From positions 96,001 through 160,000 of the IMG/VR virus record IMGVR_UViG_3300029928_000001: a DNA stretch of 64,000 bases; one strand, 5' to 3'. The position numbers and the translations under genes were made by a program. Numbering within the stretch: the first letter of the stretch is position 1; each line of letters starts with the position of its first letter. Below, one piece after another: positions 14,562 to 29,375 of the stretch. Origin of the DNA: a virus. Its lineage: Duplodnaviria; Caudoviricetes. The notes beneath the pieces were generated by a model that worked only from the letters and a program-made list of their open reading frames with translations, was not told where the DNA came from and did not search any database.

Positions 14562-17500
14562 TTAAGCAAAACGTGCATAAAAACCTTCTTGCTACTCCGC
14601 AGTATAGCCATATAAAGTTACACCATCATTTCGTAATTGTAATACTTTTTTGTTAGCAGCACCACCGCTAGCGCTAATGTCAGAACCAACAGCAACTAAA
14701 TATATTCCTTCTCCTGCTCCATAAATAGATACACCGTCATAATCTGCTTTAGTACCAGCTGAACCAATCTATAAACGATCATTTCCACTTTCATTTATAT
14801 TATTAATACCAATCAAAAAATACGCTGCATTGGCTGAACTAGCAGAAGGACGATAAATATTTGAAGCAATAAATAAAGTATTTCCACTAAACTTAAATTT
14901 ATCCCCTAAAGAAAATCTTCCATTACTGCCTAAAAATATTCCTTCTGACCCTCCATAAGTTCCTTTATTGTTATTCGAATAAATACTATTTGACGTTATC
15001 GTAAAACCACCAATTGTACCGCTCTTAGCTGTTATATTTCCTGAGCTATCAACTGAAAATGTAGGATCATATGAATTAGGTATATATATTTCACTACCAG
15101 TAATAGTACCACTAAAATTACCATTAACAGCAGTTAAAGTACCATCCCATGTTACCCAAAATTTAGAACCAATTTTAAAAGGATAACTATTTGAATCAGG
15201 ATTTGCATTTAATTCAATATTTCCAGAAGAAGAACGTAATTTAATTAATCCATCATCAAAATCTAGCATCATCCCTCTATTAAAAGTTTGATCATATAAT
15301 TCAGACGTAATAGTGGAATGAGTACCGTCAAATAATAATCTACCTTTTCCAGACTTGCCTATAAATGCTGTACCATCTTCCTTAAAAGCATAGCTCATAG
15401 CTCCTTCATGAAAACCATAAACACCAGTCTATTTAGTTATGTCACCAGAAGAATTTGTATTGCCCCATTCGCCTATGAGAACTCCAGAGAAACGATTCTA
15501 ACTATCTTTTTTACCTGCTGCAATACTTGTGGCAAGAATACTACCTTTATCATAATCAATAGTTAAACTTTTTCCATCCCATTCGCTCAAAGTTGAAGAA
15601 GGGTAAGTGTTTTGACAAACATAAACAGGCTATGACCATATTACTTCATTATTTAAAAAATATTGTCCGCCATATTTATCAGCATTTTCAACATAAAAAG
15701 CTAATGGTTTTAATACATTGTTATCAAAAGTTCCTACAAATTTTTCACGAGCCGTAGTATCTGTTGTTATATCAGGAGTCCATAATTCCCAAAAACCACC
15801 AGAAGCATCATTAGGCATTAATAAATCCATCGACCCATTATTATTTAAGTCAGTATTATAATGTAATCGCCAAGCTTCTTTGTAATAATCTACATAACCA
15901 GCAGTGCCATAAATTACTTCTTCGGCGCAATCAATAAAAGTAGGTTTATAAACCTTGCTATCATAACTAAAAGATTCTGCCGAAATAGGTACTGGTCGGC
16001 GCACAGTCAAATCAAAATTGCCCCAACCTTTAATTGTTACTTCTAAGATAAGAAATGTATCCATACTTATTTTAGAACTACTTTGTAAAATTACTTCATT
16101 TCGAGCGTTACTCTAATAATAAACTTCTTCAATTTTTAAATTATAATTATTTTCATCAGATGCAGTACCAGTGAAAGGTATAATAGATACATTAGTACCC
16201 GATTTTGCATACCATTTCCATTCTACTCTTGCTTTTGTATCTGTCTCATCGTTTAAATCAATTTCTTGATTCTATGAATCATAGAGCACTGCGCGCACAT
16301 TTAAAGTATCGCCACCATCTTTACTAATTAAACTATGACGATAAGCTGGATCAAAATAAATCCTTAATGTTGCATCTGTTCCAGTTGTACCTGCTTGCCC
16401 AAACCCTAAACGTTTAGATGTAAAATATTCATTACCATTTTTTACTATTTTACATTGAACAATATTATTTTGGGCAGATTGAGCATAAGATTCTTTTATA
16501 AAATAATACTATTCTGCATCAATAGCATATCCATTATTTTTATCTCCATGGCGAGTGATACTAATAATTTTTTCATTATCATCATAAATAACTATACTAT
16601 TATCAGTACATTTAAAAGTATAAATCATTCCAGTCTCATCGACCGACAAAGATGAGATATTTGTAGGGGCAGCAATAATTTTATTTTCATTGTATTTATA
16701 AGAATAGTTAATATTATTTACAATAATCATTGTAGATGTAGTATTAAAAGTCCAAGTAATACTTTCTGCTTCTGTCAATAAAGCAGCAGTATTATTTTTC
16801 TCTAATAACGCATCTTCTGCAGAAAACATTGCGACTAATTTATGCGCTTCTGTAGTACGATACTATTCTAATATTTTATTGCCAGGGTCATAAATATAAT
16901 AATTGCCATAAGAGCCATCAGTGCACCAAATATTTAATCCTGCAAGGAAATCTTTAGTAGCATCATTAACGACTTCTTGTTCATTGGTAAAAGTGATTAT
17001 ATTAGAAACAATATAATCAGTACCTTGTATAATAATTACTTTAATCTATTCATTTTCTTTTTTTGTATTTGGAATAAAAGAATATAAAAAAGAATTTTTA
17101 TTTTCTTCATTTACTCTTTTCCAATACACACCACAATATTCATCAGCGGCTGGAGAACCAAAAGCATATCTATACCAACGTATTTCATAATTTGTAATAT
17201 TTTCTGGCTACACGTTATAGCCTTTTCCTTCATGAAACCATCTTAATTGTATTGTTTTTTCATTAATTGCATCAGACTATTTAGAAGTATAAGTTCTTGT
17301 ATTATTAGTAAATAAAACCGCCGATTCTTCATCAAATTCACCAATATCATATCCTAAACAAATATAAGGATCTTTAACGAATAAATTAGGAATTAATAAA
17401 TTGCCAAATTCATCTTGATATGGTAATAATTCATTGTTTTTATTAATAAAAGTACCTGGTTTTTCATAAAAATATAACTCACCTTTTATTATAGTGCCTA

Positions 17501-18353
17501 AATCAGCAATATTAAATACCTGTTCCTACTAATAAAAACTATTATAATTAAATGGATCTCCATACATATCATTTGTCGATAATGATAAATCATAAGTTTT
17601 ATAAATACTATTATAATATAGTTGTTCTATTTCTGATTTTTGAATTTCTAAACTCTATTTATAAAAAGATTCAGATAATTCAATCTTTAATGTCTCTTTA
17701 ATATAAACATATAAATCAGACTATTCTTCAACAGCCGTTGACTATTTTAAAAATAACTCTTGTAATTCTGCTAATCGACTTTTTTTATCTACAGTAATAT
17801 CATTCGCAATGGTAATTCTTAAAAGAAGCCCATATTCTCCTTTTGCGCATTCCAATTCTGTAAGCCATGAACGAAATTGTGCTTGCAAACCTAATCTTGT
17901 ATATCCATTTAAAGGCTAATTAATTTCTTTAAAATTTTTTTGCCACAATAAAGTCATTTTTACATCTGCCGGATTATTTGCTACTAACCCAATAGTAGAT
18001 ATTGTTTTATCAGTAATTATATTTCCAGTTACATCAACTATTGTCTAAAAAGGAGTCTAAAAAACATATGGCTTATCATTATCAGCCACATATTTTCCAA
18101 TAATTATTTTCTATTGTGAATAATCTCCATTAGGTACAGTTACATATACAACATCATCAAGTTCATATGTTGTATCACTGGAATAAGCATAATAAGTAGC
18201 TGAACCATCTGATACTTCATATTTACCATTTAATGCATAATCAGTATTTATAATAGTAACAGTATCAGTGATATCATAAGAAATGCCTTTTAACCGTTCT
18301 GATATAATCTAATCAACTGACTAAAATAATATCTCAGCATAATCTTTTTGCAT
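14562..18353 (-). CDS. Tail spike/tip protein, 1263 aa
   Basis: ATG 18353; track ORFs ending 16509, 15630 and 14769 are in frame; C-terminal Gly-rich beta repeats (GTITGS, GTIGGFTI). Confidence 0.7.
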
Positions 18354-18437
18354 ACTTAGCTCTCCTTTCTCTCCATATTTCTATTTTATCATAAAATTTT
18401 AAACAAATCAAATAATCATATTAGTCCAAAAGAAAAA

Positions 18438-18461
18438 AGGAGAGATATTTAATCTCTCCTT
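18438..18461 (-). terminator. Intrinsic terminator after the tape measure gene
   Basis: AAGGAGAGATT/TATCTCTCCTT stem followed by a T-run. Confidence 0.7.
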
Positions 18462-18465
18462 ATAA

Positions 18466-21400
18466 TTATTTGCGGTTTGCGTATTGCGCAGCGCGGTTAA
18501 TGAGTGTATCGAATGCTTGTTCGATTTCATTATGATTAACTGCGTTAGGGAATTCCGCATGAATTTTAACTTCTTGCGCAAGTGTCGACTTAGAGCTTCC
18601 CACATTGGCCGCACTAATATTCGATGAACCCGCATAAATAGCTTGTAAATCAATCCTTTGAACTACATCACGAAGAACTTCAATACCTGTTAAGAAGTTT
18701 TTAGTATCTTCCGCATTAAGAACTAATTCTTTCTAATGGAGCATTGCTAGTTTACCTGAATTACCCCACTCTCCAGTATAGCCGCCAGAAGCAAATGTTT
18801 TAATATTTTTTTCAGTATATTTTACCCCTAAAGAATCAAAGAATTTTTTAGCTTTGTCTTTAGTTTTTGCTGTACTATAATGAAGTTTTCCATTAGAATC
18901 ATAAATATAATAACCATGTTTATTCATCATATTTTCAGCTGTATTATTATTCCAATTTTTAGTACCTGTAGAATTAGGATTTTTATTTGCATTTTCAATA
19001 TATTTTTTTAAAGTATCTTCATTTTTGCTATAATGTAATATTCCCTAATTGTCATATCCAGTATAATACTCTTTCTATTCTGCTAGTTGACGTACCCAAG
19101 AATTATATTTATCACTCTCTCCTGTTAATCCATGACTTGCCTAATTTTTAATATCATTATTTGAATTTTCTGCTAATCTAATCATTTCAGAAATAGTATT
19201 AGTAATTTCTTGACGTAATTGAGCATAAGCTGTTGCTGCATCAAGTACACTTTTTGACATACTTTCTAAGGCAGGAATAACCTTCTTCGTTGCTTCTTCT
19301 TTCAAATTTTCTTGCTCTGTTACTAAATTACTAATTTTATCCTTATAATGATCAGCATCTAATCCTAATTTTTCATATACGGCTGAAGTTTTTGTACTGT
19401 AATCTTGCCAAGCGGCATTTGATCCTGCGATCTATTCATCTGTTGCTTTTTTCCAATCGCTCCCTTTATTGATAATATTATCATATGCATGTACCCAAGC
19501 ATCATCAACAGCTCTAGAATCTGTTTCACCAGCAATCCTAAATAATTTAGAATATGTTTCCATAATTTCGCCATATTCTTTAACAATTCTTGTTTTTTCT
19601 ACTTCTCGTTTCTCTTTATCTCCTGCATATTCTTTGTCAATCTAAGCTAATTTTTCTTGCATTTCTTTTTCAGTCTAAATAATTTTTTGCCCATAATTAT
19701 TACGAGCTTTTAATGCAATATTATACAAATCATTATTGGCATCATCTAAATCTTGCTGTGCATCTGCGATAGCGTCGCTATTAGCAGTATAAACATATCC
19801 ATAATTACCTTCACTGTCACGAGAAAGCCGAACAACACTCTTAGCATTCTGTGCTTCTTCTAAAGCAATTTGAGCCTATAACTATTTATATTTAGCTTGA
19901 GCAATTTCTAATTCTAAATTACTTAATTGATTTTTTTCACTCAATTGTTTTACATAATTTTGGTATTCTTTATATTGCTATTTGGCCGCTGCATTATTCG
20001 TTTTTTCTAAATCCTATGTTGCTTTGCGTTGTAATTTAGTTAATTCATATGCTTGATTGACAGGAGTTAAATATTCATCCCAATTAGTCTAAATATTTTT
20101 TAAAGAATCTTCTAAGCTATCGTATCCTAATCCATTAGTAAATGCATCCTCAAGTTTTTCTTTAAGCTAATCAATTGCATTTTCATATAAAGTATTTAAA
20201 GTCGTTAAATAATCTTCTGCAGAGCTTAACTACTAATCATAAGATTCTTGAACTTTTTCTGTTATCTCATCATAATTTTTTAATAACATTTCATATGTCT
20301 TATCATTTGCGATTAAATCCTAATAAGAACCTTTATATGAAGCAACATAATCATCTAATGCTTTTTTTGCAGTTTTTTGTTGAGCTTCATACATTTCATA
20401 TGATCTTGTAGCAACTTCATAATTACTTTTCGCAGTTTTACTTAAAGCTTCATTAATTGCATTAATTTCATCATATTCTTTATTTTTACCTAATAAATCC
20501 ATAATCTTTAAATAATGTTCTAAACTACTAGATACATTATCAATTCGATCAGTATATTTATCAAGCTATTCTTGAACCATATCTAATGTTTCACCATAAT
20601 AAGCTAACATTTGATCGTCTAAATCCTTCAAAGATTTAGCACTATCCAACGCGCCATCCGAAACTTCTTTAAGCCCTTCAACAAAATTAGCTTGTGAAAT
20701 TTTTCCTTGCTCATAAGCTTTTCTTAAACTACTATATTCATTTTGATAAATTTTTAATTGTTGAGTTGTTTTACTAATTTCATTCTAGGAATTATTCTTA
20801 TCATATAATAAAGATAAAGCTTCTGCGCGCTTAAAAACATTATCAGCAATTAAGTCTAATTTTGTCTCTAAAATTTTTAAATCACGTTCATTAATATCTA
20901 ATTTAACTTCTACTTTATAACTTAGTTTATCAAAATAGGTATCTTGTTGATTTCTTAAATTTTCTGCAATTTTTTCCTCTGTTTCAACAATTTCATCGCG
21001 GGTTGATTCAAGTTGAGTTAAACCTTCTGCTAATTTTTCATAAGCTTCTTTAATTTTTTCAACTTTTTTTTGAAGTTTTTCGTCATCAGGATCTTTATTT
21101 AATTTTTTAACCCAATTATCTGCTCGTTTTTTTGCTGCTGCTAAAATTTCGTTATAATTAATAATATCTCCATCTTTATCTAATTTAACTGAAGAAATTT
21201 TACTACCAGTTAACTTATTAAAACTAGAAATTCGTTTATTTGCTGTTTTTTTATCTTGCTCAAAATATTTCTAAGCTAATTTATTACGTTGCTCTAATTG
21301 CTTATTTTCTTTCTCATAAGCTTTGATACGCTTATTCATTTGCGCAATTTTATTAGTACCATACAAGCGATCTTCTAAACTAGAAATTTTTTCAATCTTT

Positions 21401-24400
21401 CTTGCGGTATCATCAAGCTCATCATCAACTCTATGATAGCGCTTTGTCTTACGATCAACTTTGTCAGTTTTAGATTTTGAGCCACCACTGCTACCAGTTG
21501 TGCCACCTTTATTTTTAGATGAATCATTATTTGTTAAGCCATTCGGTTTTTCAGAAATAGTCTATATTTGTGGACGGGTATTATCTCCTTTTTTATTCAT
21601 ATTAAAACCCCATGTGGTTACTACATCATTAATTATAGTTTTTTCTGTAGGCTCTGTATAAGTTTCTTCCGTCCATCCATCAGATGAACCATATTCACCT
21701 TGAACAATTTCATGACGAGTTCGTGTCCCTGTATATGTCTAAGTAGTTGGCTAATCTGCAGAAACATACGTAGCAGAATACTTCATAGCATCCATAATAG
21801 AATCTATCTATGCTTCAGTGAGACCGGCTGCTATAATCATTTTATTTAATGAAGCAATAAATTCTTCTTCATTTACATCAATCGTACAATCTTTAGAAAA
21901 ATCCCAAGCATCTAATTTTTCTTTTAAAGTGTTAAATCCTGTCTATAATTCTTCTGTTAATTCTGGATCTTCTAAATTAGTAGTAATATTAACTAAAATA
22001 TCTTCATAAGCAGCATCACGCAAAGCTTCAATAGCTTTTTCATCACCTTTAGCTGCTTTTTCTAATAACTCCAAATTTTGAGCATTCTTTTTGGCATCAA
22101 AAAAATCAGCAGAAATTGCTGTAGTATCAGTAATATCTAGCACATCACTCAAAGCTTCTCGTAGCCCTTGTAATGCACTATAATATTCTTCTGATTCTTT
22201 GGAACTTTTCTTTAATATATCAATCCAATTTTCACTATTTTTAGATAAAGTTTCAACACCTTTATTCATACGATAAAGTGCAACAGCATAATCATTTGCA
22301 ACTTTTTGATTGTCTGCTAAATTATCTGCAAACTCTGTACTTTCATCAGCAATTTCTTGAATATACTCTGCATAACCAGCCAATTCATCACTTTCAAAAT
22401 CATAAGTTTCTGCGGCACTAGTTAAAAAATCTTGCCCAGCTTCAGTTGCCGCTTCGCGCAATTGTTCTTTAAAATCATCTAAATTAGTAACTTCAGATAA
22501 ATTTGGCATCTCATTTAAAGCCTATTTTTCTAATTCTCCGATAGAACCTAAATAAGACATTGTATCATTTTGATCACTTACATAATTTTTAGAGTCAAAC
22601 AAATCACCAACTTTTTTAGCTTGTGATACAGATAGTTCATGTGCAATTTCTTGAGACTTTTGAGTTAATTCATCAAAAGAACCATAAACATCTTTAATCC
22701 ATTTTTTCGCATTTTCTTGTAACTATTTTAATGAAGCAGTTCCATCCTTGCCATATAATTTTTCATAAGCCTCTCTATATGCTTGACGTAAATCGTTTGC
22801 TTCGTCAGATTCATCATTTAATAATTCTAATTCTTGATAATTCAAATCACTAACTGTACTATCTAAAGACCCTAAAGCTTTGATTATTATATCACCTGAC
22901 TCTTGACGAAGATCTTCAAAAACATCTACTATAGCCTTAACGGCTTCTCCAATGTCTTCATCTGCACTAGTTAATGTTGATGCTACAGTCTCCCATTTTA
23001 TTGTTTGACCTTCATCAGAACCATCATCATAAGTTAATCCATTATCATCTGTACTTTTTAATTTAGATTCTTCAATGCCTAATAAATTTAAATAATCTTT
23101 TGCCGATTCTTCTTGATTAGCCTAAACTTCTTTTAACGTTTTTTTATAATTTTCACCAATAGTATAAGTTTCTTGCAAAATTGCTTTAACCTATTCTGCA
23201 TAATCATATTCATCTAATCCAGTAACTCGAAAAGAAGCAAGCGCAGAAATTTCAGCTTTTGTCTAAGTTTCATACTACTCAACTTTTGCTAAATAAGCAG
23301 CAAACTATTTTTTTTCATCTGCCGTTGGCTCAAGGTCATCTCCAGTAACTAATACAGATGCTGGCAATTCTGAACGCATTTTATCTAATTCAGCCTAACG
23401 CTCATTAATATTGCCAATTAAACTAGCCTACTAAGCCTAATAGACCTATTGATTCGCTTTTGCCTATAAATAATCCTAAATGTTATCTTGCGATAACTAT
23501 TCTACTAAATCTTTTGTTGAATCAATCATTGAAGCAATTTCTGGATATTTTTCTAATATTTCCAAAGCAGATGAATTTGCTTCATTTAAAGCTTCTTGCC
23601 ATTCTTTAGTACCTGCAGTACATGCATCAATACGTTCTACAATTGAATTAAAATTTTCAAAAGTATTCTAAATATCGTTAGCAACAGATTTTGTTTCTTC
23701 TAAAGTAGAATTAAGTTCTTCTGCTGATTCTTGTGCCGCTTGTAATTTTCCTTCTGGAGTTGTTGCCTCCCAAGCATCAAATGCTTTTTTTACTAAAACA
23801 ACAATTCCTACAAGAGCGCTAATACCTGCAGCTACTACACCTAATCCAATTAATAATGGAGTCATAGAAGCCAATAATCCAGCATTGGCAGCAGTTTGAG
23901 CAACAGTTAAATTAATACCTACAATTTTTGCAGCATTTTCTCCCAATAAAGCAACTTTAGACAATCCACGAATAACTAAATTACTTTCCTCAATTGTCTA
24001 ACCTGCTTTAATTGCAGCGTTATAAGTAAGCGCTCCAGTAGCAGCAATTTTTAAAGTTGAAGCAAGCGTACTTATGCCCGTAATCACTTGTGGTAAAGCG
24101 ATTGGCGCAACTGTTAAAAAAGTCATAAATTTTTCGCCCAAGGTTGCATCTTCGCTAGCCAATGTCTAAAACATACTAATTAAAGAACTTATTCCAAAAA
24201 TTATTGAAGAAAGGGCAGTGCTTAATTGCATAATGGTCTAGCCAGTTGTCCCTAAACTATTATTCGCCTATTCTAATGTTTCTAGTATATGTTCTTCAAT
24301 TTGTTTTTGTTTATCTGCCGCCTAATTAACATTTTCTTGTAAATTTCGCTATTGCTGTAATTTTGCAACAATAGCATCATAAACTTGCCCTATTTGACGT

Positions 24401-26658
24401 TCATTCCAATCAATACCTTCATTATTTGCGTATTGCATTGTTTCATTAATTACAGCTGAACGAGCGCTACGATCAATTAATCCACTTTGGGCTTCAAAAA
24501 AATCTGCTTGAAATGCCGCACTTCGATTTCTTTTCCCAGAAGCTCTTAATCTATTATATACAGAATCACCAAGAGTGTTAGATCCATATCTATCACCAAT
24601 ATCAATTAATGCTTGATTTAATTCTTGATTATTTTGATTGCCACTATCTCGATATGCCTTAACGGCAGCCATAATTTCTTCTTTTGCTTTTTGGCTATTT
24701 TTAATCCTATCTTCAATATTTGAAGATGCCATTCTAACCATTCTATCTTCTTCAGTAGTTGTGTTAAAAGTATGGCTATCATAAGCGTGACCCATTAAAT
24801 TTAAAGACGCATCTTCAGCATTTATTTTACTTAAATCAACCTACTTCTATAATTCAATAGTTTGATCTTGCAAAACTTTTAATACTTCTACTTCACTAGC
24901 AAGCTCTTTACTTTTTGACGCGCCAATGATATCAGATATTTCTGCAATTTTTTGCTATAATTGCACCCTAGTCGCCATGTCTTCTGCCATTTGCTAATCA
25001 GTTAAATCAGCCTATGGATTATTAGCAATTATATTAGCTTCTTCAACTGCTTTTTGCTATAATTCTAACGCCTATTTTTTTAATGTACCGTCAGCTAATT
25101 GAATACGATAAACTAATTCATCAACAGATGCACTAATCTAACTGCCAAAGACTTTAAACATTAAAGTAGCTACTAATGGTAATACTGATTTTAAACCACC
25201 TATACGTTCAATAAAAGCATCTAAGCCAGATAATAAATCTGCTAGACTATTATTTAGCTAAATAAAAAAATCATCGTCTAAAAGATCATTATATATGTCT
25301 TCAGCAGCCGCACGTACTCGCTTACGAGCTGCTTCCCAAGATTCAGCATAGATTTCAGCTTGTTCTTCTAAAGTACCATCAGCATTATAAGCAGTCTCTA
25401 AATTTTGTTTCATAAAATCCCAATTATCAAATAATGCCATAAATTGAGAATATTGACGAACACCAGCTACAACTTGAGCTAATGCTACTTTTTGATCATC
25501 AGCAAGTGTCGACCAAGTAGATCCGATATCATTTAAAATATCGTCCATATCTCTTAAATTGCCTTCAGTGTCTTTAATCTATACGCCTACTTTAGCAAGA
25601 CCTTTAGAATATTTATTTAAATCTGTGCCGTCATCTAAAGTATCACCTTGCTGTAATCCTTGAATACGTGAAAATATAGTTTTTAATGCCGTACCAACTA
25701 CATCTTCAGATTGACGTGTTCTATCTACAATGGTTGTAATAGCAGAAGTTGCATATTCAAATGATAAACCAATAGTATCAGCAACCGCTGCAAACTTTTC
25801 AAGACCACCTGCAATTTCTTCAGTGCTTGCCGCTGTACCTGCTCCCAATTTAGTCATTACATCGCCAAAATGTTCAGCTGCTTGGGTGCCATCTTTATTA
25901 AAGTTATTCCAAACAGCAGTCATATAAGAAGATACATCATCAACAGCTTCGCCCGTTACGTTTGCCATTTTAATCGTAGCATTTGTACGTTCTTCTACTT
26001 CACTATCAGACAAACCCTGTTGATAGAAAATTAAAGCAGCATCAGCATATTTTTTTGTAGTTGTACTAAGAGCTTGCGCAGCTTGGTTTGCTCGGTCTGC
26101 AAATTTATCCATTTCCTCAGCACTTAAACCACTAACTATTCTAATATCATTTAATGACTTATTTAATCCTTGAGCATAAGAATAAGCGCTTTGAATCGCT
26201 GATTGAACTCCGTGTATAGCGCTTGATGCAATTTGCCATCTTGCTGTATTTTTTAATGTTGTGGCAAACTCATCTAATAAACTTTGCGTCTATTTAATTG
26301 GAATTTCTGCTTGCATAATAGATTGCGCTAATTGTCCAAATGCTTGTACTCCTGTTGGACCTAACTTTTCTAACTATTGTCTATAATAAGTTAAATCTTT
26401 TGCTCCAGACGATAAAGATTTACTAAATTTTGATAAATCTAAATTACCAGTGTTTACATTTGTAGCTTGTTCTAAAACAGTTTTTAGCTAACTAGCTGCA
26501 TTTTTAGCCTAAATTAAATCATCAGATAACTAAGTAGCGCCCTTAATATTAGTACCAGTTGATAATTGTTCTAACATTTGCTATAAACTTTGTATCTAAC
26601 TTTTCGCTTGGGAAGTATTTGCTGTAAAAGCTAAATTTACATTTAACTATTTTGCCAT
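18466..26658 (-). CDS. Tail tape measure protein, 2730 aa (many TAG codons)
   Basis: Seven track fragments (25579, 25258, 24349, 23668, 21943, 20320, 18733) share one frame; TMP-type N-terminal domain (VGTALKTIFSRI) and C-terminal FASGGYTG..GKLAMLH. Confidence 0.9.
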
Positions 26659-26705
26659 ACTATCTCCTTTCTCTCACAATATTTTTTACTTTGCAAAATA
26701 AAAAA

Positions 26706-26740
26706 TAAGGAGAAAGAGTATTGTTACTCTTTCTCCTTAT
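26706..26740 (-). terminator. Intrinsic terminator
   Basis: TAAGGAGAAAGAGTA/TACTCTTTCTCCTTA followed by a T-run. Confidence 0.7.
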
Positions 26741-26774
26741 ACTCTCGATATATTTCAAAATTTTATTAAATCAA

Positions 26775-27287
26775 TTATCCCATTTTGGTTAATATATTTT
26801 TTAATAAAGTTAAATTTTCTGGGTTAGCAATTGTATTTTGAAGATTTTCTACATCCAAACTAAGATTACTATAATCAGAACTTATCCCATCTAAAATTCC
26901 ATAAACCGAATTCTTATACTCATAAATACTTCTAATCAATTCACTCACATATCCATGTACTTCTTGATATGCCTTAATTGGTACAATTTGATAAATTTCG
27001 CTTACTTTTAAAACATCATAAACTTTAAAAATATTCTCCATTTGTTTTTCAGTAATAGAAATATTCGTATAAGCAAAAAATGTTTTTACAGTTAAAAATA
27101 CATTAATCCTCATTGGATTATAATATCCATTTTCATCGACAGAAGAATTTACTATATCTTGCACTAATTCAATTAATTCTTCTATTGGTAAATATTCTTT
27201 AACTTCAATAATATTTCCTTTCCATTCTCTTTCAATTGGTTCAGACTTTTCTTGAAGTTTTAATTTTCCATACGCAACTTTTGCCAT
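26775..27287 (-). CDS. Hypothetical protein, 170 aa, TAG-free (possible tail assembly chaperone)
   Basis: Intact ORF, AGGAGG RBS, own sigmaA promoter. Confidence 0.75.
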   Translation of the reverse strand: MAKVAYGKLKLQEKSEPIEREWKGNIIEVKEYLPIEELIELVQDIVNSSVDENGYYNPMRINVFLTVKTFFAYTNISITEKQMENIFKVYDVLKVSEIYQIVPIKAYQEVHGYVSELIRSIYEYKNSVYGILDGISSDYSNLSLDVENLQNTIANPENLTLLKNILTKMG

Positions 27288-27315
27288 TTAATTAGCCTCC
27301 TTTTTCTCTATTTAG

Positions 27316-27344
27316 AGTTTAACAAAAAATTTTATAATTGTCAA
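27316..27344 (-). promoter_or_regulatory. sigmaA-type promoter
   Basis: TTGACA-N17-TAAACT with extended TG. Confidence 0.65.
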
Positions 27345-28363
27345 ATTTTAAGATTTTCTAACAAATTATTAATAACATTATCAATATGTTGATTAATTTG
27401 ATCTGTTGTATTTTCATCACCATTTAAAAATAATTCCTATATTTTTTCTTGAGCCTATTTAACATCAGTACTTTGTTGTATCTTTCTAAAAAAAGATTCT
27501 AATTCTTCTAAATAATTAATCAAAGTAGTAGCAGACATTAAATTTGCTGAATTTGTTTTTATCTAATTTAGTCCTACGTCTCCACCTTTAAAACCTTTTA
27601 CATTATCATATTTTAACTAATTTAAAAAGTATTCTCTCTAAAATTCTTCTGAAGAAATTGAATTTAACTAAGTGCCATATTTATTTATTGTTGCATCAAA
27701 AGCCTAATAAATCCATCCACGATTAAATAATTTAAAACTATAGGCACTTCGTCCTCTTTTTCCATTTCCTTCGTTAGGCTACCAAGCGTAAGCTCGTTCT
27801 TTTTTGCCATATTTAGATTCTATTTCTTTGTTAATAATATAATTAGTTTTTGAACGACCAGGATGACGAAATTTATTAATTACATCAAAGTGCTTCTTAA
27901 ATGCGTCTTCAGCTTTTGTATCATGTTTTAATTTATTTAATTTTTCTTTTGAAAGTACTCCAGGTAAACGTAAAGTTGTTTTGTCACGATAAACTAAATT
28001 CATTAATTCGCTTTCTGTTAAAGTATATATTTTTACTTCATTTAATTCACCGCTACGATAATAAATTTTATACTAAATTTCCTAATCTTTACCTAAAAAA
28101 TATGTTCTAACAGCCATAATTAATTCATAAGATTTTTTTAATTCCTCTTCTAATTTTTTATCAATAATAGCATTTTTATTTTTCGTCCTTTTATTAATAG
28201 AATAAGTATTAACGCAATATTCTAAAGTTTTCTTCTATAAAGCTAAAAGTTTTATTTTATTCTCGACAGTCGCATTAGCCCATTTTATTGTATCAAAAAC
28301 TACATTATTAGCTACTAAATCATATATTTCCTTTTTATCAGACTAATCTATATATTGCTCCAT
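27341..28363 (-). CDS. Hypothetical protein, 340 aa, TAG-rich
   Basis: ATG 28363 after AGGTG; in frame with track ORF 27779..28003; TGA stop. Confidence 0.65.
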
Positions 28364-28386
28364 AGCTATCACCTATAATAAAAATA

Positions 28387-28409
28387 AGGGGAGTTCACAA
28401 ACTCCCCTA
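28387..28409 (-). terminator. Intrinsic terminator after the major tail gene
   Basis: AGGGGAGTT/AACTCCCCT stem. Confidence 0.7.
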
Positions 28410-28417
28410 TAAAGTTA

Positions 28418-29356
28418 TCACTTAAACAAATTAGCCTATTCTGCTTCGAACTGTGCTTCGTAAGTTCCGTAATTGTGATAAGTACCAAGTCTTTCTACAT
28501 CAGCAGTACCTGCTACGTCAACGATTTGAATAGCAGCTAATACTTTCTTAGTCTTATCAAATCTTGTATAATCTGGGAATGCATCCATAGTAAATGTAAA
28601 TGTACTTGGATCTCCAGAAGAAGCAAGAGTAAAGTTAAAGTTAGATTGAATCTTACAGTTTGGAATAATAAATTCTGCCGGTAAATCTACACCATTTGTA
28701 TCTCTAAATAATGTAGAAGCTTCTAAGTAATAGTTTCCGCCAAACTTATCCGGAGTAATTTCAATCTGTTGAGCACCAGATTTTCTTTCTACGTAATAAT
28801 CTACAAGAACTACGCATCCTTCATAGAATACAGAAAGATCATCCGTAGATTTTAATGTAATAGTTTTTCCATCTTTAGTAGCTGGAATATACGGTTCGGT
28901 GACAGGTTCACCGTCAGTAGTTGCCATTACATAAATAAAATCTTCGCCTTCTTTGAAATAAGGTTCTTCGTCAAGAGTAATAGTAACACCAGTTACCTGG
29001 TCACCCACTGTTGCTACTTCAACAGCATCAGTTTGTTCAGTTGCATGAACTTTAATAGTTTTATTTTCAGAAGCTTCAATTAAACCAGCCCCAGAAAGAA
29101 TCATGAATCCAGCAGGAGAAATAAGCGCATCTTCCATCGTGAAAGTTACAGTTCTTTCACCTTCCCATGCTACGAGTCTTGCGTTACCACGTCCGCCTTG
29201 CGCGTATACCGTAGTAGCAGCGCCTTCCATACTGGAGGTCTTTAAAGTGTCAAAATAAATGACAGGTTCATTTTTATAGAAAATCTTATTGCCGACTTTT
29301 TGAGCTGCTTTTGCTTTTAAAACAACGTTGCAAATCTCACGTGCACCGAATTTCAT
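28418..29356 (-). CDS. Major tail (tube) protein, 312 aa
   Basis: YAQGGRGN..LVAWEGERTVTFTMEDAL and SSGDPSTFTFTMD motifs; position between neck genes and tape measure; TAG at codon 307, then TGA. Confidence 0.8.
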
Positions 29357-29375
29357 AATTTAGTGTCCTCCTTAA

